Shown here in pieces: positions 22,948 through 37,300 of a DNA stretch of 64,000 nt. The DNA comes from Azolla caroliniana. Its lineage: Eukaryota; Plantae; Polypodiophyta. The first letter of the stretch is position 1. Each line of letters begins with the position of its first letter. A program made the translations under genes and the position numbers. A model generated the notes under the pieces. It was not told the DNA's origin, did not search any database, and was given only the letters and a program-made list of their open reading frames with translations. The stretch covers positions 23,622,001-23,686,000 of the forward strand of contig JBHGNT010000001.1 in assembly GCA_043228905.1 (NCBI GenBank), written 5' to 3'.

Positions 22948-25900
22948 CTATAAAGAAACAAGAAAAATATTATCAACATTAAATGATCAAATAAGTTTAT
23001 CACAAAAATACCCTCTGTAAGACACCTAACAATGGATGATGGGGTATATATGTACATACTAAGGCCTCTAGTGCAGCAAAAGCATGAACTACATCCTCAA
23101 CATGATTGTTTTCAATTTGAAGAAAAGGATGTTCCAGAAGTTCCAATGCTGATGGGCGATTGGCGGGATCTTTCTCCAGACAAAGTTCAACAAAAGATTG
23201 TCCTTCAGAAGATAAACCAACAGGAGCAGGTGGCAACTCTCCTCTCGTAACCTTGAACATCGCCACTACCTGGATATATTTTTTGCATAAAAAATAAATG
23301 GTCAGAAAAATGTATAAATGCACGTGCATTAGACAACAATCTTGATGCAGCAAGATTGTTAGCATCACAACTGTAAAAAAGGATGTAAAAGAATGATTTT
23401 AAATTCTTATTGTGGTTTTCTACTTATATGGGAGTTATTATTTATGTGGATGAAGAACTACTAATAAAGAGAGATGTTGTGACATCTATGAAAGGCCAAG
23501 ACGAACTATTAGATGAAATCAACTGTTTGAAACTAATCTTGACATCATAACAATATAAATAATAAATAATTTACGTGTTGAGAATCAAGCTCAACTTGTG
23601 TGAACATGTGCTTGTGAAGAAAAGGACAATGTATCAAACAGTGTGCTCACACACTTTATTGTAATGCGTGTAGTTGTCGACTGTGTGAGAGCACACTTTA
23701 TTGTAATCCGTGTAGTTGTCGAGTGTTAGTGTGGTCAAAGAATATTAGATATTCTTATGACAAAATCGTCCTCAAGTGGATATCTTGGTTAGATTCCACC
23801 AACACATTTAATAGGGCAGTCCCTTGAGGACTTGTATATAAAACCCCCTTTGGCCATTCAGTTTAGTCGATGGTTTTTAGATAATTAATATAGCTCTCTT
23901 AAGTGCATAAGCTGTCATCCCCCTACTGTGTGTTTTCTTATTTTTCTGGTTATTCTCTGTAATTCCTTCTCTTGCTTATACATTCACTCCCTCACACACA
24001 CACACACACTACACTTCTGAATACTAAACTCTACTAGAGCTAGATTCTTTACATGGTATCAGAGCGTGAGGGTTAGAGATCCTTCACTGAGCTCTACCAT
24101 TGAAACTGTGTGAGCAGCTAGACACGCTGTTTTAAAACCTGCTATCGTCGCTGCAGTTTTGCACAGCAAGAGGCTCGCCTTAACAGGATCATACGAATCA
24201 AGCTAAATCAGAAAAATGAATGCACAGATGGGTAGCGCACTTCCAACAGAGAAGTTGGACAGGCACAACTACACATCTTGGGAAAATAAGATGCAGCAGT
24301 ACTTAGTTGGGCAAGGGTATTGGAGTTATATCGAGAGAGCTTAGGAAACAGCCCCTGATACTACAAGTCCCAACTACCCCACATGGCAGCAAGGCACCAG
24401 TAGGGTAATGTATTGTTTGGCAACATGTGTGCAAGATCACATGTTAAGCTATATTCGAGATGCGAAAGCCCCAACAGAAGCATGGAAAAACTTGAAGAAG
24501 ATTTTCGCGGCTTCAACCACAGCGAGAAAACTTCAACTCCGGCAGGAGTTGAACAATATTCAGCAGGGGGATATGTCCGTGACGGACTATACCCTCCGGA
24601 TCAAAGACTTATGCGATTCACTTGGCTCCATCAATGTCGCAGTTAATGATGACGAGATGGTGCATATCTGTCTTGGCGGCCTTGCACAAAAATATGGCTC
24701 ATTTCGAACTGCCATAACAACAAGGGAGAACCCCCCAAGCTTTTTCGACTTGCAATCCATGCTAATGGTTGAGGAGAACCATACACGGTCGAAAAGCACA
24801 GCATCTGATGGGCAGATGCTATATACACATGATGATCTCAGTCGAGGTCACAGTCGTGGTCGTGGAAATCGGGGGAGGAATGGCCAAGGAAGAGGTGGAC
24901 GGGGTCCACAACAGTTTAATTCAAGGCAGCAAGAAGGTCGAAACAGCTGAGGGAATTCCGGTAGAAAGGGGAGCTTCCACCAGCCTGCATCAACAAGGCA
25001 GAACCAGCAAACCGAGTGCTGATATTGTGGAAAGCCTGGCCACTTTGAAGCTGAGTGTCGGAAGAAGAAGAATGACTCAGGTGCCTCACCCAGGCAGCAA
25101 ACAAACTATGTTGTGATGGCTGACCTAGAAAACAAAGCGCCGATGTTTGTTATGCGACACCGGGCGAATAGCATGATAACAAGTGTTTCCCAACCTGATG
25201 ATGTATGGTTTGTGGACTCAGGTGCCTCAAATCACATGACAAGTCATCAAGAATGGTTCATGAATTTGAGGGAACCCGAGAGACCCGGCGTGGTGGAGAC
25301 CGGTGATGACTCCACACACATGATTGAGCACATTGGAGATGTGACCCTTAACAATCACAACAACAAGGGCTACATGAAGGATGTATTGCATGTCCCGACA
25401 ATCACAAAGAATTTGGTCTCGGTTGGCCAAATTATCGAACAAGGAATGCAAGTGTGATTCATCCAGGAAGGTTGCTTCATCGAGGATAAAAGCCAACTTA
25501 TCGCTCATGCAAGAAGAGAAGGTCGCATGTTTATTCTTGATGCGACGGAGGTGAACACAGCAATGGGGCTACATGAAGGATGTATTGCTTGTCCCGACAA
25601 TCACAAAGAATTTGGTCTCGGTTGGCCAAATTGTCGAACAAGGAATGCAAGTGTGATTCAACCAGGAAGGTTGCTTCATCGAGGATAAAGGCCAACTTAT
25701 CGCTCATGCAAGCAGAGAAGGTCGCATGTTTATTCTTGATGCGACGGAGGTGAACACAGCAATGTATGCCAAGGGACTCAAGGCGGAGTCTGATATTGAG
25801 TTGTGGCACAAAAGGGTTGGCCATGTAAACCTCGGTAAACTCCGATCAATACAAACAAAAGGGGCTGTGCACGGATTGCCACAATTTACTTCGAAACATC

Positions 25901-28279
25901 CTAATAATGTATGTGAGGCGTGCCAACTAGGCAAGTAACATAGGCATCCATTCCTAAGCGAAAGAAATGTGAGTAAAGACTTGCTGGACGTCATCCACTC
26001 AGATGTATGGGGCCCAGCTCAGACAACGACAATCGGTGCGTGTAGGTACTTCGTTACCTTCATTGACGACTATTCGCGGCATACCTGGATATGCCCGATG
26101 AAGTCGAAAAGTGAGGTCTTCTCCCACTTTCTCAAGTTAAAGAATTGCGTGGAAAATTAGACGAATCGCAAAATTCGATGCTTACGGTCTGATGGTGGCC
26201 AAGAATACTTCTCAACCGAGTTCAAGGCCTTTCTAGAAGAGAAGGGGATTCGCCGGGAATTCTCTTGCTAGTACACACCACACCAAAACGGTGTTGCTGA
26301 GCGGAAGAATCGCACAATTCTTGAGATGGCCCGCACCATGCTGCATGAGAAGAACATGCCCAAGATCTATTGGGCAAAGGCAGCAGTTACGGCTGTGTAT
26401 CTCATCAATATGTGCACAACCGAGGGTGTCCATGACATCACCCCTCACGACAAGTATTTTGGGACAAAGCCAGACCTTTCGCACTTGAAGGTTTTTGGCA
26501 GCATTGCATTTGTGCATGTCCCCGATGAGAAGCTGAGAAAGCTTGACCCAAAATCAGAGAAGATGATCCTCGTTGGTTACTCACTTGAGCAAAAGCGTTA
26601 CAAGTGTTTTAAGCCCATCACTCGACAGTCACGAGTAAGCCGAGATGTGGTATTTGATGAGGTGACATCATGGTATGGCCCAACATCAGTGACCCCCACC
26701 GTGCTCGAAACAAGCAGATCTGGAGCAGATTCTCAGAGTGAAGAAGAAGAGATGCTAACGACCATTATGGGTGGAGAACCAACAAAGAGTCTGTCCACAC
26801 TCCAGTTGACTGAACCTAAGGTGTCATCCAGCAGTCAAAGTCTTGCATAGCATGAAGAAACCTCTGATGTGCTGTCACCTTTGTGCTACACCCGTAGAAA
26901 GAAGGAAAAGGGCAAGATGCCTGAGCAAGAGGCCAAGGACATGACATCCAGTGAAGACTCAGATCATTCACCCCGATCAGTCCACAGCAAGTATGAAAGG
27001 AAGAAGGCCCCGGAAGTGACCAAAGGAAAACTCCGTCAATCGAACCGACAAAAGAGACCGATAGTTAGGTTCGGGTAAAATGAGTACATGGCCCACCACT
27101 ATGCATTCATGATGAAGGTCGCAGCAGACCAAGAACCCGAGACTTACAAAGAAGCTGCCCAAGATCCTCGGTGGATCGAGGCAATGACGGAGGAGATGCG
27201 CGCGTTGTTTGACAACGATACTTGGGATTTAGTCCCATCTTCTGAAATCAAGAAAAAGCCAATTGGTTGCCGCTGGGTGTTCAAGATAAAGCATAATACG
27301 GATGGCACGGTCAATAGGTTCAAAGCTCAGCTAGTCGCCAAAGGGTATGCTCAAACCCAGGGCATAGACTATGAGGAGACATTTGCCCCGGTGGCAAAAA
27401 TGACCACTGTGAGGAAGTAATTGCTCTCGCAGCAGCGAAAGGATGACACTTGCATCAAATGGATGTGAAGAACGCATTCCTCCAAGGTGAGCTCGAGGAG
27501 GAAGTTTACATGATGCAACCACCTGGCTTCGAATCAAACAAACATCCACATGCAGTTTGCCGATTGAAGAAGCCGCTCTATGGACTGAAGCAATCCCCAA
27601 GAGCACGGCATTCAAAGATCACATCATATCTTCACAACATTGGCTTCCAAATGTCAAAATCTGATAACTCATATGTTCAGAACAATCCCAAAAGCCCCAT
27701 CTTCTTAATCTTGTATGTCGATGACCTTGTCATCGGTGAAGAAAGCCTCCCCAAGACACAAAAGATTAAAAAGCTGCTTTTGCACAAGTTCGAGATGAAG
27801 GATCTGAATGACTTACATTATTTTCTCGCCATCGAGGTCATTCAAACTCCAGAAGGGTTCCTAGTCTCACAACGACACTATGTGTGGAACTTGCTCTACA
27901 TTTTTGGAATGACCGAGTGTACGTCCATCTCAACACCCCTTGATCAAAATATGAAACTAACAGCAGATTCTGGAAAATTCTGTGAGCCGACACAGTATCG
28001 CCAAATAATTGGGAGTCTTATCTACTTAACTATCACCCGACCAGACCTCAGCTATCCGGTCGGGGTTCTTAGCCAGTTTATGGAAACCCCCCGCGACACT
28101 CACATGGATTGTGCTAAGCGAGTGTTACATTATATTAGTGGAACACTTGATTATGGTATCTTCTATAAACGTGGAGCACCACTTCGACTTTATTTTGATT
28201 TGTTCTCAAAGATGAGAAAAAACTTAAGATGTAATCTCTTATTTGGTCTTATAGGCCATTTTGGCCTCTTAAAAGACGT

Positions 28280-28328
<49 letters not shown>

Positions 28329-31300
28329 GAGCTAAAGCCCTTATCATCCGCTTCATGGACATTGACAAGAAAAAAGCTTTCCTCTCTAAAAGAAAGGCAC
28401 TCAAGGGTGAAAAGATATACTTAGATGACGATCTCACTCCAGCCCAAGTGGCACACTGCAAAGAAAACATGCCACGAGTGCTTGATGCAAGAAAGGAAGG
28501 TAAATGGGTTGTATATAGAGACGGCAAGGTCATTATTACAGAGAAGAGAACCGCATGACGATATATGGCCTATGAGACCCTACACATGACCATATGGAAT
28601 TGCAACAGCTCTCTACGGACAGATGTCGGATATTTTGAAGATACATTGAAAAACACAGATATTGCTATGTATACAGAGACTCACCAATGTATGGCTAGCA
28701 AACTCCCCGAGGTCCAAGGATACAGATGGGAGTCAATATGTCGCCCCCAACCTCGGACACGAGGAAGCACTAGAGGTTCGGAAGGAGTGGCTATGCTATA
28801 CAAAGAGGAGCTCCATGGTAGAGTGCATGTTGTACATAAGGATGTGGATGCACGCTACATGTGGATATGCATAAAAAGAGGGGATCTTAGGGAGCTATAT
28901 ATTGCAATTTGCTACTTTCCACCTGCCTATTCAAGGTTTGCACCTCTAGGTGAATCTCCATATCTATCACTATATGATGATATCATAAGATTTGCTACTA
29001 TGGGGGATATAATACTATTAGGAGATTTTAATGCATGAACCAAGGATGCACAAACAACTATATTTAACACCGACGAGGCTGTCTATGGAGAAGTTATGGT
29101 GGAAGAGGTTGGTCTAAAAAAGCTCAAGATATGAGTGCTATAACTGAATATGGAAAACACTTTCTAGCCTTGGGAAGCGCGCATGGACTTGTGATATATA
29201 ATGGCTTGTCACAATGGCCTGGATCAGATGCTTTGACATGTTGGAACCCAAAAGGGGGTGCAAGCACAGTCGATTATCTAATGGGATCTCCATCTCTTAT
29301 ACCTGAAATAAAAGTGTTCACTATATCGGGAAGACCTATTGGCTTGGCAGCTGATCATGCATATCTACGCTTTGAGGTAAAGGATGGATGCACAAAGGAT
29401 GTATATGCTAAGGACTACTAGACCGTGGTTTTCCCATTGTTCCTATGTACTCGATCTTGATCTAGCAATGTCGATCTTGCCAATCCAAAATTTCGAGCTT
29501 CAAAACTTCTGGGCTTTGGAAAGTCTTCCTCTAACTTGCCGGGTCAAGTCGGATTAGATGTGCCGGCCTTACATTGCCAATGCCGGTCTCACTCTTCCTC
29601 TTGTATGGTGCTGATTCTCCATGTTTTCCTTCGTCTTTGTACTTTTACTCTCCCCCAAGCTCAGCATATCGAGTGGTCTAAGGCCTAGATCCACTGAGAA
29701 TTGTCGTAGCTTGTCGAGATCTAGCGCCTTCGTGAAAATATCAACCACTTGCATGTTGATGCCAACGTATTGGAGGTCAATGTCGCCGCCCAATATATGC
29801 TCACGGATGTAATGATAGTGCACCTCTATGTGCTTAGTCCGGGCTTGAAACACCGGATTCTTTGCAAGCTGGATGCTGCTGAGATTATCGCAATGGATTA
29901 GTATTGGCTTGTTCACCAATTCGTTGAAGTCTTTCAGCAGTCTTTTAAGCCATACAGCTTCGCAAGCAGCTACTGTTGCGGCCCTATACTCCGCCTCAGT
30001 GCTCGATAGAGCGACTGTTGGTTGTTTCTTGCTGCTCCAAGAGATTGCTCCACTACCGAGTGAAAACATAAATCCCGAAGTGGATCGCCTATCAGATGCA
30101 TTGCCCGCCCAATCAGCATCCGTGAAGCCTTCGAGTCGAAGTGGTGCTCCACGTTTATAGAAATACCGTAATCAAGTGTTCCACTAATATAACGTAACAC
30201 TCGCTTAGCACAATCCATGTGAGTGTCGTGGGGGGTTTCCATGAACTGGCTAAGAACCCCGACCGGATAGCTGAGGTTTGGTCAGGTGATGGTTAAGTAA
30301 ATAAGACTCCTAATTATTTGGCGATACTATGTCGGCTCACAGAATTTTCCAGAATCTGTTGTTAGGTTCATATTTCGATCAAAGGGTGTCAAGATGGACT
30401 TACACTCGGTCATTCCGAACTTTTAGAGCAAGTTCAACACATAGTGTCGTTGTGAAACTAGGAACCCTTCTGGAGTTTGAATGACCTCGATGGCGAGAAA
30501 ATAATGTAAGTCATTCAAATCCTTCAACTCGAACTTCTGTAAAAGCAGCTTTTTAATCTTTTGTATCTCGGTGAGGCTTTCTCCACCGATGACAAGGTCA
30601 TCGACATACAAGATTAAGAAGATGGGGCTTTTGGGATTGTTCTGAACATACAACGAATTATCAGATTTTGACATCCGGAAGCCAATGTCATGAAGATATG
30701 ATGTGATCTTTGAATCCCATGCTCTTGGGGATTGCTTCAGTCCATAGAGCGGCTTCTTCAATCGGCAAACTGCATGTGGATGTTTGTTTGATTCGAAGCC
30801 AGGTGGTTGCATCATGTAAACTTCCCCCTCGAGCTCACCTTAGAGGAATGCGTTCTTCACATCCATTTGATGCAAGTGCCACCCTTTCGCTGCTGCGAGT
30901 GCAATTACCGTCCTCACGGTAGTCATTTTCGCCACCGGGGCAAATGTTTCCTCATAGTCTATGCCATGGGTTTGAGCATACCCTTTGGCAACTAGCCAAG
31001 CCTTGAAGCGATTGACCATGCCATCTGTATTATACTTTATCTTGAACACCCAGCGGCAACCAATTGGCTATTTCTTGATTTCAGAGGATGGGACTAAATC
31101 CCAAGTATCGTTGTCAAACAACGCGCGCATCTCCTCCGTCATTGCCTCGATCCACCGAGGATCTTGGGCAGCTTCTTTGTAAGTCTCGGGTTCTTGGTCT
31201 GTTGCGACCTTCATCATGAATACATAGTGGTGGGCCATGTACTCATTGTACCTGAACCTAACTATCGGGTTCTTTTGTCTGTTCGATTGACGGAGTTTTC

Positions 31301-34300
31301 CTTTGGTCACTTCCGGGGCCTTCTTCGTTTCATACTTGTTGTCGATCAATCGGGGTGAATGACCTGAGTCTTCACTGGATGTCATGTCCTTGGCCTCTTG
31401 CTCAGGCATCTTGCCCTTTTCCTTCTTTCTACGGGTGTAACACCAAGGTGACAGCACATCAGAGGTTTCTTCATGCTGTGCAAGACTCTGATTGCTGGAT
31501 GACACCTCAGGTCCAGTCAGCTGGAGTGTGGGCAAACTCTCTGTTGGTTCTCCACCCATAATGGTCGTTAGCATCTCTTCTTCTTCACTCTGAGAATCTG
31601 CTCCAGATCTGCTTGTTTCGAGCACGGTGGGGGTCACTGATGTTGGGCCATACCATGATGTTACCTCATCAAATACCACATCTCAGCTTACTCGTGACTG
31701 TCGAGTGATGGGGTTAAAACACTTCTAACCCTTTTGCTCAAGTGAGTAACTAACGAGGATCATCTTCTCCGATTTTGGGTCAAGCTTTCTCAGCTTCTCA
31801 TCGGGGACATGCACAAATGCAATGCTGCCAAAAACCTTCAAGTGCGAAAGGTTTGGCTTTGTCCCAAAATACTTCTCGTGAGGGGTGATGTCATGGACAC
31901 CCTCGATCGTGCACCTATTGATGAGATACACAGCCGTAACTGCTGCCTTTGCCCAATAGATCTTGGGCATGTTCTTCTCATGCAGCATGGTGCGGGCCAT
32001 CTCAAGAATTGTGCGATTCTACCGCTCAGCAACACCGTTTTGCTGTGGTGTGTACCAGCAAGAGAATTCCCGGCGAATCCCCTTCTCTTCTAGAAAGGCT
32101 TTGAACTCGGTTGAGAAGTATTCTTGGCCACCATCAGACCGTAAGCATCGAATCTTGCGATCCGTCTCATTTTCCACACGATTCTTTAACTTGAGAAAGT
32201 GGGAGAAGACCTCACTTTTCGACTTCATCAGGCATATCCAAGTATGCCGCGAATAGTCGTCAATGAAGGTAACGAAGTACCTACACCCACCGATTGTCGT
32301 TGTTTGAGCTGGGCCCCATACATCTGAGTGGATGACGTCCAACAAGCCTTTACTCACATTTCTTTCGCTTAGGAATGGATGCCTATGTTGCTTGCCTAGT
32401 TGGCACGCCTCACATACATTATCAGGATGTTTCAAAGTAAATTGTGGCAAACCATGCACAGCGCCTTTTGTTTGCATTGATCGGAGTTTACCGAGGTTTA
32501 CATGGCCAACCCTTTTGTGCCACAACTCAATATCAGACTCAACCTTGAGTCCCTTTGCATACATTGCTATGTTCACCTCGGTCGCATCATGAATAAACAT
32601 GCGACCTTCTCTTCTTGCATGAGCGATAAGTTGGCCCTTATCCTCGATGAAGCAACCTTCCTGGTTGAATCGTACTTGCATTCCTTGCTCGACATGTTGG
32701 CCAACCGAGACCAAATTCTTTGTGATTTTTGGGACATGCAGTACATCCTTCATGTAGCCCTTGTTGTCGTGATTGTTAAGGGCCACATCTCCGATGTGCT
32801 CAATCATGTGTGTGGAGTCATCACTGGTCTCCACCACGCCGGGTCTCTCGGTTTCCCACAAATTCATGAACCATTCTTGATGACTTGTCATGTGATTTGA
32901 GGCATTTGAGTCCACGAACCAGACATCATCAGGTTGGGAAACACTTGTTATCAGGCCTGATGTAGACTCATGATAACTCTCTGAGTTCTTCTCTCTGAGT
33001 TCTTCTCTTGCTTATACATTCACCCACGACTCCACTATCTTTGAAAGATTAAAATTATTTTTGCTGATTATAAAAGTCGTATGCCATTGTATGGCACTCT
33101 TATCACACCCAATGAGGGATATTTCTGAGGGCTGAATGAAGTTCTTTAGCAACTTATGTGTGTAATGTAAAGAATCTAGCTCTAGTAGAGTTTAGTATTC
33201 AGAAGCGTAGTGTGTGTGTGTGAGGGAGTGAATGTATAAGCAAGAGAAGAACTCAAAGAGAATAACCATTAAATAGTAAGAAAACACACAATAGGGGGAT
33301 GACAGCTTATGCACTTAAGAGAGCTATATTAATTAACTAAAGATCATCAACTTAAACTAAATGGCCAAAGGGAGTTTTATATACAAGTCCTCAAGGGACT
33401 GCCCTATTAAATGTGTTGGTGGAATCTAACCAAGATATTCACTTGAGTACAATTTTGTCATAAGAATATCTAATATTCTTTGACCACACTAACACTCAAC
33501 AACTATACGGATTACAATAAAGTGTGCTCACACACTTTTTCACACATCTTCATAAGCACATGTTCACACAAGTTGAGATTGATTCTCAACATGTAGCAAC
33601 AGAGAGAGAGAGAGTGAGTGAGTGAGAGCTCAAGACAGAGATAATCAAACTGTATATTACATAAGACTTCCAACAATAACTAAGTTACAATGAGTTGGTT
33701 TATATACCAACTAAGCTAGGGCAAGTGCCCTTTCTGCTATTTACAAAACTAGCCTGGTATGTCCATGGGCTAGTGTGAACCTATTTCTATGGGAAGTTGA
33801 GTTCGATTCTCAACAATAAGAATATACATCCCTCTGGTTCCTTCTACGCCTACCACTTATAGTGGAGTTTTATATATCATATCACCAATGTGACTCTGGG
33901 AATATTCCTCTGGCTCCTTCTACACAGCAGTACTTATAGAGGTTTTTTTCACATCATAGCACTTATTCAAATACATTTCATGTAATTTTTTTAAAAAGAA
34001 GACAATTTTGTTAAGGTATACACACTCACTGGTTCAAATTCACACCACGGGGGTTTCCCTGTAGCCATTTCAATAACTGTGCACCCAAGGCTCCAAATGT
34101 CTACAGCATACTCATAGCCAGTATTTCTCTGCATTATTACCTGCAAATAAATCCATGGAATTCAACATTGAGAGTTATATGTCCACAATGAAAAGGTGTG
34201 AAACACACTCATATATCATTTGGCAAGTACTAATGCACACAAAGACCAATGAATTAGATTGAAAGACCAAACATTTTATTTTAAAATGGCTAGAACTAGC

Positions 34301-37300
34301 TCCACAAATCACAATTCTTTTTAATGGCCAATTTTATAGAAAACAATTCATCCAATAGTGGAGGTTAAAAACTGTATTTCAAAATCAGCTAATGAAACAG
34401 CCGCATCGAGCAATTCAGAACCCTATTAAATTGCATGGTAGCAAAATACTTTTGACACTTCTATCCTTCCTATTAAGAGCCATGTTTTTCTTCTTCTATC
34501 CATTCATTCTCAGCATGATTTCTCTGATTATAACTTGGAAGTTGAAGGATTTCTAAAATTCTTATATTAATAGTTTAGCATACCGTTTCCTAATTTCCCA
34601 GCCAAACATTGGTGAGAATCAGTTCTCTTTTCTCCTAATGGGATTGATTTTCATCTGCATTTTGATTTCTATCCAAAGTTCAAACTTCAATATGCACTGC
34701 GGATGCTTTTAATACATGTCCTCAAATTGAAAACATCCTTTTTCTGAATTCACATTATGTTGAACCTGAAATATAGAAAGACTCAAACGGCTTCATAATC
34801 TTTTTATCAAAGTCAGAGTAAGCATCTTTAAGACTGAACGAAATATCGAAAATGGCGTAGAAGTATTAAGTTCTCATGGTGAAAGAATAACCAAACCAAT
34901 CCCTTCATCATAACCAAGCATATAGAAATATCAAAGAGAGTACTTTAGCAGAACAATTACCTCTGGAGCCATCCATAATGGGCTTCCTTTCATAGAGAAT
35001 GGAATTCCTTGTTCTTTAATCTGCCGATAAAATGAAAATATAGTCATTAATAATGAGAAACCTATTGTCATACATCATGAGTATATATTTCTACTCAGTC
35101 TCAATTTTTTTGCATGCGTGTATCTTCCTATTCAGTTAAGAACATGCACTGAACATTTATTGTAAAACTCGAGGAAACCATAAATGGAACCCTCCCTGTG
35201 GATATTGTAATTGATGGAACTTGGAGCTTGATCAAAAGTGGGAATTTCCTCCCAATGTGTTTACTATATGACTTATGTGTTCCTACACTAATGCATGGAA
35301 TGACATGAATCCACGATCTTCTAGCAATGAACTCCTCCCTGGCTTTCCAGAAAAATAGTTTAAAACACATGTTCCCTTTCCTTCCAAACTCTGAAATCAT
35401 GCAAAAGCTTATGTAGTTGCACTGAACCTTTATTCCAACCTCCAATTGAAACTGCTAGTCTAATACAGAAAGAAAGAAGAACGAACGATATATTAATGTC
35501 TTTTAAAAGGTTAAATAAGATATTACACCTTAAAATGTTGTCTCATCTTTGAGAACAGCAAACCAAAATAGAAATAGAATAAGAACTAAAGAATCTCCTC
35601 ATCTACACATGTAAGATGCTCAAATCAGATATATGGTGATTTTTTTTGTCTTCAAAAGATCTCTAGGATAGATCAATCCAGAATGGAGAGATGTCCAAAG
35701 CAAGGGAAGCACCTACTATGGCAGGAGATAATGGCCTTTATCTATTGATGACAAAAGTGATGATATCGTGGTCCACTAGGGTGAGGCCTACGTGCATGGC
35801 AAATTGTTATTGCCCGATCTATTGTAACCCCTTTGCAAGGTCCTGGTCGGAGCCCCATTTGTGTAGCATGAGTAGGAGTGATGGGCTAAAGAAAGTTGTG
35901 ATGGTTCTTTGTTTATTAACATGAGTGATTGGATTTTTGTGCTTGAACAAAACTCTCCTTGTGTCTTAAGTTCTAGCAAGAAAAGCCACAAGCACTGTTG
36001 GTATTCATATTCCATTGCCTTGCATAGTGGGCCAAAGCCTTGCTTAAAAGAGGTAATGGCATTTCCCTCTTATTTCATGAAAAACAGAACAATAACATAG
36101 TTTTCTTCAGGTTCCACTTCATTTATGACACAATTGGCAAATCTTTCTTCTAGACGTATTTATGCATATCTTCCTACCTCAATCTCTAACTAATGTGAAG
36201 AAGTTTGCAGCTGCTTTATCACACTATGCAACATATAGGATAGATGTATGTCCATATAAGAGGGCCTGGTGATGACAATGTGTTTATGCCACCTCCTCGC
36301 CCTAGAAGTCTGATTCTAATCTTGTTGATGATACTTGAGTAGTGTCAAACACCACCACTTTAAGTTATCAATGTTCACCAACAAATCTTTGTGTACAAAA
36401 AATTACTTTAAAGCGTCCACATGTCATTAGCATGTCAGTATCGCTATCCTCACAAGCATGTCCCTGAACTCCCTACTTACATACCTCATCTATATAAAGG
36501 TTTATGAGTGTCACATGAGACTTTATTACTAAAGGGTGTAAACAATCAGTGGATTTCTATCACATTGCTTAACACTAAGCAAAAACAATCAATACAACTA
36601 TATCCCCCTTGCTACCAAAGATTATACATGCTGCATTCAAAGGCCTTGTGACTGTAAGTAAATGCATCAAAAATGCTATAAACAATAGCTCTAAACAATT
36701 TGATTAGTAATTAAAAAAACAAACAAATAATAATAGCATAAAGTCTCTATATCATCTACACAGTTTGGGTGTTTTGGAACATATAATTTGAACTCACGTA
36801 TTTAGCCAACCCAAAATCTGTCAACTTCACTGTTCCATCCTGATCCACAAGGATGTTAGCACACTTGATGTCCCTGGAAATTGACATTTCAAAAGAAACA
36901 AACCTTTGCAATAAGTTTAAACAAGGAATAACCAAGCAAACCTACTTACAATGCTAATTTAAAGATTTTCAATCATTTTCTGGACACCAACGCATGCAGA
37001 AGAGAGAAGCATAACAAGCATGGTGAATATCTCATCACAATGATGATAATCCGGATCAGATCCCATTCATTGTGTCTGGCTATGTGCCATCTTGAGAATT
37101 TTCTATCCTACTTTCCCACCTCGGACTAATATAACCTACTTTCCCATCCATAATGGTTGATGCATTCTTTGATATGCCTACCACAGCATGATAACCACTT
37201 TAGAGTTTATTTTCAGTAGTTTTATGTGCTATTCGATGTATAACTTTCAACCCATTCAGAGTGGGCAGCAGCACGACCTAAATGAGGCCAAATAAGGTTG

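Noticed and set aside
27450-28424. 324-aa ORF as a novel RT fusion protein
   Set aside because: Chance read-through from copia RT into a LINE 3' UTR and (TC)n (LSLSLS).
23571-33591. Single copia element with an inverted 3' LTR (flanks TTACG / TTACA)
   Set aside because: The right LTR has its own near-TSD (TGTAA/TGTAG), no PPT, and A and B duplicate ~2.8 kb. Separate copies are simpler, though the alternative is not excluded.
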